A DNA stretch of 64,000 nt from Blastocatellia bacterium (GTDB lineage Bacteria > Acidobacteriota > Blastocatellia > UBA7656), in contig DASUNP010000096.1 in the NCBI GenBank assembly GCA_036277095.1, positions 46,655 through 110,654 on the forward strand, given 5' to 3'. Positions within the stretch are counted from its first letter, which is position 1. Every line of letters starts with the position of its first letter. Below the pieces are notes generated by a model. That model saw nothing but the letters and a program-made list of their open reading frames with translations, made no database searches and was not told the DNA's origin. Shown piece after piece: positions 1 through 8,563 of this stretch. Made by a program: the position numbers and the translations under genes.

Positions 1-1157
1 GGAGCGACCAAAGCGTCATACCTGGCGTAGAGCTTATCAAGCTCTCGCTTCATCGGCCCGCGTATCCGCATCGCTTGAAGATAATCTACGGCCAGTATCA
101 TCGATGACGCGTACCCGCCCCAGCGGTCGTTCGCCTGGCGAAGCATCGCGGCGCGCCCCGTTTCGAGCAGGTCGCGAAAGGCGCTGGCGCCCTCGGCCCC
201 GACTATCGTGCCGACGACGGGGCCGAACGGCATGTCCGGGAATTCGACCGAGTCGTCTACGTCGGCAAATCGGCGCAGGAGTTTCACGGACTCTTCAAAA
301 TTCTTTTTCACTTCCGGCTGCACGCGGTCGGCGGAGCCTTTGATCACCCCCACGCGAAACCTCCTGGCGGCTCGCCCGGCGGGTTCGGGGTAAACAAATT
401 GTCGAGCAGCAGCAGTCGGGTCCCTCGCGTCGCGGCCCGCAATCGCGGCGAGCACCAGCCCGCAATCGTCGGCGGTCCGGCACATGGGGCCGAGCTTATC
501 GAGCGTCCAGCTCAAGGCCATCGCCCCGTGGCGGCTCACGCGGCCGTAGGTGGGCCTGAGCCCCGACACCCCGCAAAAGGCCGAAGGCGTGATGATCGAC
601 CCGGAAGTCTCCGATCCTATCGAGAAAGGCACCAGAGCCGCCGCTGTAGCCGCTCCCGGCCCGCTCGACGATCCGCCAGACCAGTAATCCATGTTCCAGG
701 GCGTGCGCCCAGGTCCCGTGAAAGAAGCATCGGCGTTGTTGTAGCCGAACCCGCCCGCAAGCTCCACCATCGCGAGCTTCGCGACAAGCACCGCGCCCGC
801 CGCCCGCAGCCGTTTGATCACCGTAGCGTCGTAATCGAATACCTGATCCTTATACGGCTCTGCGCCCCAGGTCGTCGGGATGCCGCGCGTCGCGGCAAGG
901 TCTTTGACGCCGTAAGGGACGCCGTGCAGCGGCCCACGCCACCGGCCCGCGCGTATCTCGCGGTCGGCCTCGCGCGCCTCTTTCAAGGCGAGGTCGCGCG
1001 TAATCGTGGCGACCGCGCCGAGCCTCTTGCCCAGGCGGTTGAGCCGGTTGAGGTAGCCTTCGGCGAGCGCGACAGACGTGATGCGGCGCGCGCGCAGCAG
1101 TTCAGACAACTCGCGCACGGACGAGTAGAGCACCTCTTCTGTAATCTCTCTTTGCAT
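1..1157 (-). CDS. Amidase-signature (GatA-like) amidase, 3' end cut by window edge; absent from supplied ORF track
   Basis: Own translation of the minus strand from ATG (cat 1155-1157): MQREITEEVLYSSVRELSELLRARRITSVALAEGYL..GPLHGVPYGVKDL..DYWSGGSSSGPGAATAA..GSETSGSIITPSAFCGVSGLRPTYGRVSRHG. This is the Gly/Ser-rich amidase signature. The listed +ORF 399..1187 is its Arg-rich antisense shadow. No signal peptide. Confidence 0.85.
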   Translation of the reverse strand, partial: MQREITEEVLYSSVRELSELLRARRITSVALAEGYLNRLNRLGKRLGAVATITRDLALKEAREADREIRAGRWRGPLHGVPYGVKDLAATRGIPTTWGAEPYKDQVFDYDATVIKRLRAAGAVLVAKLAMVELAGGFGYNNADASFTGPGRTPWNMDYWSGGSSSGPGAATAAALVPFSIGSETSGSIITPSAFCGVSGLRPTYGRVSRHGAMALSWTLDKLGPMCRTADDCGLVLAAIAGRDARDPTAAARQFVYPEPAGRAARRFRVGVIKGSADRVQPEVKKNFEESVKLLRRFADVDDSVEFPDMPFGPVVGTIVGAEGASAFRDLLETGRAAMLRQANDRWGGYASSMILAVDYLQAMRIRGPMKRELDKLYARYDALVA

Positions 1158-1170
1158 ATCTTCCTCAGCA

Positions 1171-1515
1171 CTAAATATCCGCCGTGAAGGCGAAGGCCGG
1201 TTCGTCGCTGTTTACGAGTTTAAACTGTTTCATCCTATCAGCGTTGCGCTGGCTGCGGTCGATACTCCGTTTGACCAGATTCAATTGCTCTTCGCTGAGG
1301 TGCTTGCCGTGGCGCAGACGCACGACTTCGGTCAGGCTTTCGGCGACGGGCGACGGCTGGTCTGCCGGCGGCGTCTGCTGGAGCGGACTCGCGGGCGTCG
1401 CGTTCGCTTCGCCGGCGCGCGACACGACAGGCGCGGCGACGATGACGGCAAGCGACTTCGCAAACTCGCGGCGGCTGCTGCTGGTGATCAGTTTCTCGAT
1501 TTTAAGCTTGCTCAA
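1171..1515 (-). CDS. Small Tat-signal protein with GatC/AtzG-like C-terminal half, 13 nt upstream of the amidase
   Basis: 114 aa with TTG start and GAGAGGGGG RBS. Twin-arginine motif SRREFAKSLAVIVAAPVV with ANA cleavage site. C-terminus LSEEQLNLVKRSIDRSQRNADRMKQFKLVNSDEPAFAF resembles the GatC pattern (..EE..L......I......L.EV.T..VEP). Confidence 0.65.
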   Translation of the reverse strand: MSKLKIEKLITSSSRREFAKSLAVIVAAPVVSRAGEANATPASPLQQTPPADQPSPVAESLTEVVRLRHGKHLSEEQLNLVKRSIDRSQRNADRMKQFKLVNSDEPAFAFTADI

Positions 1516-1547
1516 TTGTTTCGCCCCCTCTCTTTTGCAGTCGGCAA

Positions 1548-1575
1548 TTTATAGATTACAGCCGGGCTTTGTCAA
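1548..1575 (-). promoter_or_regulatory. Sigma70-like promoter for the Tat-protein/amidase pair
   Basis: On the minus strand: TTGACA (1570-1575), 16 nt spacer, TATAAA (1548-1553), about 30 nt upstream of the TTG start. Confidence 0.45.
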
Positions 1576-1652
1576 ATCCCGCCGTGATAAGTATCATAAC
1601 TGCGATTCAATTCAGGTTTTGTGTAACGATGAAACCGTAAGGCTGCTCTGTC

Positions 1653-1872
1653 CTGCCGCGTAGCGGCAGATTGAATTTAGCCGTGTGCTTAATCGCCGCG
1701 TAGCGGCGGCATGAATTTAGCCGTGTGCTTCAGCGCACGGATCAAGAGTTGTTAATTCATCACGTCGCGCTAGCGACGTATGAAATCAGCCGTCGCTGAC
1801 GCGACGCGGACGGGTTCCGCCGTCCCCGGCTTTGAAAAGCCGGGCTAACATCATCTTGCCGCTACGCGGCAA
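1653..1872. repeat. REP/BIME-like cluster of eight short GC-rich hairpins, including a 36-nt direct duplication
   Basis: Hairpins: 1653-1669 CTGCCGC-gta-GCGGCAG; 1695-1707; 1721-1740; 1762-1779 ACGTCGC-gcta-GCGACGT; 1791-1806; 1808-1825; 1825-1844 CCCGGCTT-tgaa-AAGCCGGG; 1856-1872 TTGCCGC-tac-GCGGCAA (inverted copy of the first). Direct repeat 1655-1690 vs 1695-1730, 33/36 identical. Confidence 0.6.
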
Positions 1873-1919
1873 AGTGGTTGTAGCGTTCTTCCACCCCGAT
1901 TTAAGAAAAGAGGTGCGCC

Positions 1920-2759
1920 GTGACTAAAAGGCTTTTGCTCGCTCTGCTCATGATTTCGGTTCTATCGATTTCGGCATTCGCTCAAACAACCACTGAGCCG
2001 GAAGCCGTCTCGCCGGCGGGGACTAAGTTTTACGCGAACCCGGACGAGAAAGGCGCGGTCGCCGAAGCGGAAAAAAACCTCGCAGCCGACCCAAAAAATA
2101 TCGAGCTGATTATAAAACTCGGCCAGGCTCAAGCCTCTGTCTGGCGCTACCGCGACGCCATCCGGACTTACTCGCGCGGGATCGAGATCGCTCCACAAAA
2201 CGCCTTGCTTTATCGCCATCGCGGCCACCGCTACATCTCTACGCGACAGCTAGATAAAGCCATCGTCGATCTTGAGCGCGGCGCAAAACTCGACGATAAG
2301 AATTATGACATCTGGTATCACCTTGGGCTTGCTTACTACCTGAAAGGCGATTTCGCTCGTGCCGCCTCGGCTTACGAAAAATGCCGCGAAGTGGCCGTGA
2401 AAGACGATTCGCTGATAGCCGTTTCAGACTGGCTCTACATGACTTACCGGCGGCATAAGAAAGAGGCCGAAGCCGCCCGTGTGCTGGAAAGGATCAAGCC
2501 CGATATGCAACCGGGAGAGAACAAGTCTTACTTCGACCGGCTGCTGTTTTACAAAGGCTTGAAGAAAGAGTCGGACATTATTAACGACAAGATGACCGAT
2601 CTTGAGGTGGCGACCGTAGGGTACGGCATTGCGAACTGGCATCTCTACAACGGCAACCCGGAGAAAGCGAAAGAATATTTTCAAAGAATCGTGTCGGGAA
2701 AATACTGGCCCGCGTTCGGGTTCATCGCAGCCGAGACGGAATTGACTCGTATGCGCTGA
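1920..2759 (+). CDS. Secreted TPR-repeat protein
   Basis: 279 aa, GTG start after AAGAGGTG. Signal peptide [21 protein letters not shown]-like repeats ([60 protein letters not shown]). Confidence 0.7.
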   Translation: MTKRLLLALLMISVLSISAFAQTTTEPEAVSPAGTKFYANPDEKGAVAEAEKNLAADPKNIELIIKLGQAQASVWRYRDAIRTYSRGIEIAPQNALLYRHRGHRYISTRQLDKAIVDLERGAKLDDKNYDIWYHLGLAYYLKGDFARAASAYEKCREVAVKDDSLIAVSDWLYMTYRRHKKEAEAARVLERIKPDMQPGENKSYFDRLLFYKGLKKESDIINDKMTDLEVATVGYGIANWHLYNGNPEKAKEYFQRIVSGKYWPAFGFIAAETELTRMR

Positions 2760-2809
2760 AATGAAGAAGCCTCGCGTGGGCTTCCGCCCGTCATCCTCGA
2801 TAGACGTTT

Positions 2810-4795
2810 ATGACAGGAAACCTGCGGCCCTCGCTTCACAAATTACCGCTCCACAAAATACGCGACTGGGTGTCCGGGCAACTCGCGCCGCCGCCTGATC
2901 GCTCGTCCAGGCGCGCGACCGTTGTCATCTGCGTTACCATCTTTTTCGTTGCGCTCGCAGTCAGGCTGTTGCACTGGCAAGACTCCGGCGTCGAGCTTGC
3001 GCTCAAGAATTCCATCATGCACACGATGGGCTCAAGCTATGAGGACGAGGCGCGCAGGATAGTAAACGAAGGCGGCGTGCTGGTCCCGAACGCGCCCGTC
3101 CAACAGGGCAACGCGTGGATGATAGTTCACCCGCCCGGTTATTCGATCTTGATGGCCGCGCTCTTCAGCCTGTTCGGCGAATCTGAATGGCTGATGCGTC
3201 TCGTGCGGGTCATCCTCACTTCAGCCGGTGCGGTGATAATAGTGCTTATCGCGGCAGAGCTTTTTCCGCGCGGCGTGGCGGTCCTGTCAGGGTTGCTTGC
3301 GGCAATCTCTCCGCATCTCGCTTACTATTCGATCTGGCACTCGCCCGACTCTCTGGCTCCGCTCCCAATTCTTCTTGCGATCTTCTTCTTGATAAGGGCA
3401 TGGAAGCGGCCGCGCCTCAGAACCCTGCTTGCCGCAGGAGCGATGGTGGGCCTTTCGTGCTGGTTGCGGTCAAACGCTCTGCTGCTGGCTCCGTTTCTCG
3501 GCCTTGCGGCGTTGATGCTCGTCGAGCGAGGCAAGCGGCTTAAATACTCGGCGGCGATCTTGCTCGCGACCGTCGCGGTGATCGCCCCGATAACGATACG
3601 CAACTGGATTCTGTATGGCAGCTTCATCCCGCTGTCGCTAGGCGCGGGAATAACCCTGGTCGAAGGCATAGCCGAGTATGATTACGATAATCGTTTCAAC
3701 CTGCCGGTCATGGACAACGATGTGCAGTTGGAAGAGGCGCGAAGGTTGAACCGCCCCGACTACCGCCATAACCCGTTCTCGCCAGACGGCGTCGAGCGCG
3801 ACCGCGCCCGGTTCAAACGCGCCGCCGGGATCATTCGTGACAACCCCAGCTGGTTCTCTACGGTCCTCTTGCGCCGCATGAGGTTCATGCTCAGGTACAA
3901 CGACTTCGACCCGCAAGACCGCCCTTTCAACACGACGATCGCGCCGACCGTAGCCGCCAGGCCAAATTTCGGACACAGGTTGGCAGACGCCGATGGGCTT
4001 GGGCCTGTCTGGTCGGCGACTCCCCCCGAGATGATTGTCACCGGAGAACTCTTATCGGACGAGGCGAATGCGAAGCTCGCAGCGGGCGGCGCGCTACTCG
4101 ACATTGAAGCGGATAACACAGAGCAGAGCGATCAGTTCGCGTCTCAGCTCATACAAGTGCGCGACGAGACAGATTACCTGCTGAGGATTCCTGTGAGACG
4201 CGGCGCGCGGCGGGCCGCCCTGAAGGTGAAGGGCGTGGACCCGCGCATCACCCTCGCGTGGGTGGGCTTTGCCGTCCCGCAGAAGAACAAGAAGACTGCT
4301 CGCGCAGCAGAGGGCGACCTCGACGAACAACAGCCCCTCAGCGTTTTGCAGGTGCCTTTCGCGAGCGGTGATTTGAACGAAGTGCGAATCGTGATAAGCA
4401 GCGACGGCCCGATCGTAGACAAGCATCTTGCCGAGATGGGCGAGGCCCGGTTATTTGAGCTTGGCCCGACCCCTTACGGCTGGACTCGCGCGCCGCGCGC
4501 AATCATTCGCGGGTTGCAAAAGAACATCTTCCGGACGAATCGAATGTGGTGGCTGATAATCATAGGCGTCGTCGCGCTCGCGGTTGCGCGCCGCCGTAGT
4601 GAGCTTTTGATACTGCTCGTAGTCCCCGTTTATTACCTTCTGGCGCAATCGTTTTTCCACACCGAGTATCGATACATTCTTACAATCCACTATTTCCTTT
4701 TCGTGATCGCCGCCGCGACTTTGTACCTTGCAGGCAAGGCCCTCTGGCATGGCGCGCTGCTAGCCAGGGCGCGCTACTTGAGGCGAGCGCGTTAA
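2810..4795 (+). CDS. ArnT/PMT-like (GT39/GT83-type) integral membrane glycosyltransferase with a large non-membrane insert
   Basis: 661 aa with many TM helices. HPPGYSILMAALF loop motif typical of the family. Paralogous to 4792..6444 (IRNWILYGSFIPLSLGAGITLVEGIAEYD, SPDGVERDRARFKRAAGIIRDNPSWF, FHTEYRYILTIHYFLFVIAA). Confidence 0.7.
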   Translation: MTGNLRPSLHKLPLHKIRDWVSGQLAPPPDRSSRRATVVICVTIFFVALAVRLLHWQDSGVELALKNSIMHTMGSSYEDEARRIVNEGGVLVPNAPVQQGNAWMIVHPPGYSILMAALFSLFGESEWLMRLVRVILTSAGAVIIVLIAAELFPRGVAVLSGLLAAISPHLAYYSIWHSPDSLAPLPILLAIFFLIRAWKRPRLRTLLAAGAMVGLSCWLRSNALLLAPFLGLAALMLVERGKRLKYSAAILLATVAVIAPITIRNWILYGSFIPLSLGAGITLVEGIAEYDYDNRFNLPVMDNDVQLEEARRLNRPDYRHNPFSPDGVERDRARFKRAAGIIRDNPSWFSTVLLRRMRFMLRYNDFDPQDRPFNTTIAPTVAARPNFGHRLADADGLGPVWSATPPEMIVTGELLSDEANAKLAAGGALLDIEADNTEQSDQFASQLIQVRDETDYLLRIPVRRGARRAALKVKGVDPRITLAWVGFAVPQKNKKTARAAEGDLDEQQPLSVLQVPFASGDLNEVRIVISSDGPIVDKHLAEMGEARLFELGPTPYGWTRAPRAIIRGLQKNIFRTNRMWWLIIIGVVALAVARRRSELLILLVVPVYYLLAQSFFHTEYRYILTIHYFLFVIAAATLYLAGKALWHGALLARARYLRRAR

Positions 4796-6444
4796 GCGGT
4801 TTTTCTGTTACGCGCTCTTGTAAGAATGCGCTTCACGCCGTTCCGGATAGCCACGCCGAGCAATACCCAGACGACTGCGGCGAAGACGAAGAGGAAATAG
4901 TGCATAGGCAGAGTGTATCGAAACTCCGTGTGCATGAAGCATTGAAAGAGCCAGTAGTAGATCGGCACCGTCAGCAAAAAGAGGCTCCGCCTGCGGCTGG
5001 CGATAAGCATCAGCGCCGCACCCAGGATTACGAAAGCAAGCATACTCTCCTTCGTCACTCTCTGAACGGCCCTCACGGCAGGCCGCGACCACGAGAAGCT
5101 CTCTCCTACCTTGAGTGAAGACGAGCCGTCCGTAATCAACGGCTCCCACGCCCTCCTCACTTCGCCGGTCCTTTCGTAAGGGTTGACCTCCGAGTTTCTG
5201 TAAACGAGCGGCGCGTGCGCGGAGTATTTGAGCGTCCCCGCCATGCGTTTTATCATCACGCCCGAGTACCAGACCGGATGGCCGACGATTATGCCCAGAC
5301 TTCTTTTCACCCGATCGCGATCGCGCATGATGCCGTCGGGCGTAGACCACGAACCGGCGTAGCGCGGCTTGCCGTAAATCTCCGCATCCTGGATCGCGAC
5401 CTCTTCATCGCGCGCGACGGCCCCGAACTCTTTGCCTCGCCCGGTCTCGCCTATGCCTTCCCACAGGACTATTCCAAGGCCGATGTTTACCGGGACGAAC
5501 TCGCCGTAGACGATGTAGTTCTTGATCGTCACAGGGGCTATCGCGAGCAGCGAGACCGCCGCCAGCACCGCTGCCCGTTTTATTATTGCCAGTCGCCGGC
5601 CGTAGATTATCGTCAGCATCACGATCAGGAATAAGCCGAACAACATCGTCTGCGATCTGACCCAGGCCGACAGCCCTACCATCAGCCCCGCCCCCGCGTA
5701 GAGCAGGTAAGAGTAACGGCGGTGCGCGCGCTCAAGCACCAGAAGGTAGATCGCCGCAAGCAGCGGGAGCGCCGAAAGCGAATCGGGAAGAATGAAATTA
5801 GATATGTAAGATAGATGATGAGACAACGCCGCAAGAAACCCGGCGACCGCGCCGACTCGCCAGCTCACAACCGTCCCCGCGATCAAAAATATCAGTATGG
5901 GCGAAAGCGAATTGACGCCGTTTTGAACCACCTGCACTTTGAAGAAATCTCTACCGAACAGGGTGTAGACTGCGCTGAGGAAGATTGAATAAGCGGGCGC
6001 TTGCGCGATCCAGACCGTGTTTCGCGGGCTCACGTCGTAAGGCCCCAACAGCCCTTTGCCTTCCGTAATCAAGGCCGCGCGCGCGTCGTAGGTTTCGGTA
6101 AGCCCGCCGAAGTCCTGCTCGATCGTGTACATCTTGGGCGCGAAATCTACGGCGTGAAGCGACTTTGTGACATACGAGACGACGAACAGTGATAAGGCGA
6201 TGAGCAGCTTTGTTCTCGTGCGCAGGCGCTCGCGCGTGGCGAGCGACGCAATCAGCCAGCGGCGCAACGCGATTACTTTAACCGGCAGTTTCAATCTCTT
6301 CGTCCAGCGACTCTTCGTTGAATTAGCCATAACTGAATGCGCGAGGATATTATAGCGACCGGTCAAGTCGAGCAAGCAATCGCGCTCGCCCGCACAATCG
6401 TCAGCCGTTCTGGATTCATAATTATATTCTCCATTTCCAATCAC
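4792..6444 (-). CDS. ArnT/PMT-like integral membrane glycosyltransferase, paralog of 2810..4795
   Basis: 550 aa ORF; the true start may be MANSTKSR at 6330. Multi-TM. Shared blocks IKNYIVYGEFVPVNIGLGIVLWEGIGETG, TPDGIMRDRDRVKRSLGIIVGHPVWY, MHTEFRYTLPMHYFLFVFAA. Confidence 0.7.
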   Translation of the reverse strand: MIGNGEYNYESRTADDCAGERDCLLDLTGRYNILAHSVMANSTKSRWTKRLKLPVKVIALRRWLIASLATRERLRTRTKLLIALSLFVVSYVTKSLHAVDFAPKMYTIEQDFGGLTETYDARAALITEGKGLLGPYDVSPRNTVWIAQAPAYSIFLSAVYTLFGRDFFKVQVVQNGVNSLSPILIFLIAGTVVSWRVGAVAGFLAALSHHLSYISNFILPDSLSALPLLAAIYLLVLERAHRRYSYLLYAGAGLMVGLSAWVRSQTMLFGLFLIVMLTIIYGRRLAIIKRAAVLAAVSLLAIAPVTIKNYIVYGEFVPVNIGLGIVLWEGIGETGRGKEFGAVARDEEVAIQDAEIYGKPRYAGSWSTPDGIMRDRDRVKRSLGIIVGHPVWYSGVMIKRMAGTLKYSAHAPLVYRNSEVNPYERTGEVRRAWEPLITDGSSSLKVGESFSWSRPAVRAVQRVTKESMLAFVILGAALMLIASRRRSLFLLTVPIYYWLFQCFMHTEFRYTLPMHYFLFVFAAVVWVLLGVAIRNGVKRILTRARNRKTA

Positions 6445-6540
6445 AGAGGTTAAAACCTTGCCGAAAGGCTCGCTCGCGTTACCCTTTCGGGTGAGGTTTC
6501 AAAAACTCGCTTTGTCAATCCACCCCGGGGAACTCTTTTA

Positions 6541-7947
6541 ATGCGCCTTTTGAAATCATTGATCCTTTCAGCAGCGATTATAGTGACGGCAGGGCTTACG
6601 CTCGCGTCGCGCGGTTCCGCAGATGACCATATCACGGTTTCGGAAGAAAGCCCTCTCGACATTCAGTTGGATAGCGCGCTCAAGCTGCAGGATTTTACCG
6701 GCAACGTCGAAGCCACGCTTGAGCAGCGGCTCGGTCGCAAGATAAACAAGAAGCTCGCCGACATCGGGCGATTGCTATTCTTCGATCCGATACTCAGCCT
6801 AAGCAATGACAGCAGCTGCGCGAGCTGCCACTCGCCGACCTCGGCTATGAGCGATACGCAATCGATCGCCATAGGCGTCGGTAACAACGGAGTGGTCGGC
6901 CCCGGTCGCCAGGGGCCGCGCAACCAGCGGCGCGCGCCCTCGGTAATTAACACTGCTTTTTATCCGAACCTGATGTGGAACTCGCGCTTCTCATCGGTCA
7001 CGGGCGACCCGTTCAACAACAGCCAGGGGTTCAGCTTTCCCGCGCCCGAAGGCATGACGCTGTCGCACCTGCCGCACTTACTCGCGGCCCAGGCTTTCAT
7101 CCCCGTGACGGTGCGCGTCGAGATGGCCTGCTTCGAATTCGAGGGCGACAGCTTCCGTATGCGGTCCGAGATATTGAACCGGCTCAATGGTAACAAGAAA
7201 TACAGAAAGCTTTTCGGGAAGGTCTTTCGCGAAGTCAAGCGCGGCGCTCCGATTAGTTTTGAGATGGTAGGCCGCGCGGTAGCCGAGTTCGAGTTCACGC
7301 TTGTGTTTGCGAACTCGCCGCTCGATCGCTTCGCGCGCGGCGAGCGCAAGGCGATGACCGACGATCAAAAGCGGGGGGCGCTATTGTTTTTCGGCAAGGC
7401 GAATTGCGTGCTGTGTCACGCAGTCTCGGGCACGTCGAACGAGATGTTCAGCGATTTCACCCAGCGCGTGATAGGCGTCCCGCAGATAGTTCCTCAGAAT
7501 ACGAACGTCACTTTTGACGGCGACGCGAAGAACGAAGATTTCGGATTGGAGCAGGTTACCGGCAACCCCGCAGACCGCTACAAGTTCCGCACGGCCCCGC
7601 TGCGCAACGTAGGCGCGCAAGCGGCCTTCTTCCACAACGGGGCTTTCACCTCGCTTGAAGACGCGATAAATCATTACCGCGAGGTCAAGAAATCTGCGCG
7701 AAACCTCGAAGCAATAAAGTGGAAGCTGTCTGAAGATTTGCGCGGCCCCGTCGGGCCGGACGACCCCGTGCTTGCGCGGGTCAACCCGTTTTTAATCCAG
7801 GGAATACTTTTGAACGAAGAAGAGTTTCGCCAGGTAGTAGAGTTCGTGCGCAACGGGTTGCTCGACCCGCGCGCCAAGCCTGAGAACCTTCGAAAGCTTA
7901 TACCGGAATCGGTTCCGAGCGGAATGCCGCTTCCCCAATTCCAATGA
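6541..7947 (+). CDS. Di-haem cytochrome c peroxidase (CCP/MauG family)
   Basis: 468 aa with signal peptide. Two CxxCH haem sites (SSCASCHSP, NCVLCHAV). Family blocks RNQRRAPSVINTAF, FRTAPLRNV, FFHNGAF. Confidence 0.85.
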   Translation: MRLLKSLILSAAIIVTAGLTLASRGSADDHITVSEESPLDIQLDSALKLQDFTGNVEATLEQRLGRKINKKLADIGRLLFFDPILSLSNDSSCASCHSPTSAMSDTQSIAIGVGNNGVVGPGRQGPRNQRRAPSVINTAFYPNLMWNSRFSSVTGDPFNNSQGFSFPAPEGMTLSHLPHLLAAQAFIPVTVRVEMACFEFEGDSFRMRSEILNRLNGNKKYRKLFGKVFREVKRGAPISFEMVGRAVAEFEFTLVFANSPLDRFARGERKAMTDDQKRGALLFFGKANCVLCHAVSGTSNEMFSDFTQRVIGVPQIVPQNTNVTFDGDAKNEDFGLEQVTGNPADRYKFRTAPLRNVGAQAAFFHNGAFTSLEDAINHYREVKKSARNLEAIKWKLSEDLRGPVGPDDPVLARVNPFLIQGILLNEEEFRQVVEFVRNGLLDPRAKPENLRKLIPESVPSGMPLPQFQ

Positions 7948-7949
7948 GA

Positions 7950-7973
7950 AAGTCCTGTCAGCACTCAGGACTT
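7950..7973. repeat. Hairpin (ctgagtcctgag family) between convergent genes, overlapping the HD-gene stop codon
   Basis: AAGTCCTG-tcagcact-CAGGACTT. The string tcagcactcaggactt recurs at 56245-56262 and 56816-56833. Confidence 0.6.
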
Positions 7974-8504
7974 CGAAAAGACGCGCTCGATCATCGGCTC
8001 GAAGTAAGCTAGCGGCAGCGTGGCGTATTCGGGGTCGAAAGAGGTCTGGTCCCACCCGTCCGTAAACAGGCAAGCCATCTCATACCAGGGCTCATTCTCG
8101 TACTGGCGGCGCGCTTCGGGGTCTTTGTCCATCAGCGCGTAATAGTGGCGGCCCTGGAAGTCTTGATGAGTGCGAATGATCTCGTACGTTTCGCGAGAGA
8201 CGTAGGGCTTGAGTATCTCCGCCGCGATAGCCGGGTGGTTTTCGACCGAGATTACTTTGCCTATGTCGTGGCATAGCGCGGCGACTATCATCTCTTCGCT
8301 CGCCCCGTCGCGCGCTGCCCGCGTGGCGGTCTGTAAGGCGTGCTGTAGCTGGTCCACGGCAAACCCGTCGACCTGCTCTTCGAGCCGCAAAAGCATATCT
8401 TTTATGATGGCGGGCATGTGGGCCTGGCGCTGGTCCACGGCCTGGCGTATCACCATCCAATCTTCGGTCTTTCCTTCGTCCATTCTTGTAAATGGCATGC
8501 TCAA
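7965..8504 (-). CDS. HD-domain protein (PhnZ/MIOX-like small HD family, tentative)
   Basis: 179 aa. LQHALQTATRAARDGASEEMIVAALCHDIGK has the H..HD metal-ligand arrangement. Soluble, no signal peptide. Confidence 0.6.
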   Translation of the reverse strand: MSMPFTRMDEGKTEDWMVIRQAVDQRQAHMPAIIKDMLLRLEEQVDGFAVDQLQHALQTATRAARDGASEEMIVAALCHDIGKVISVENHPAIAAEILKPYVSRETYEIIRTHQDFQGRHYYALMDKDPEARRQYENEPWYEMACLFTDGWDQTSFDPEYATLPLAYFEPMIERVFSKS

Positions 8505-8563
8505 TCCCTCACAATCGGAAAATGTTTAGCCCATGCTAAAACAAATTCGCCCCTCTTCTCAAC

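Noticed and set aside
399-1187. 262-aa plus-strand ORF
   Set aside because: Extremely Arg/Pro/Ala-rich and exactly antisense to a minus-strand frame that translates into a clean amidase-signature enzyme. This is a typical GC-rich shadow ORF.
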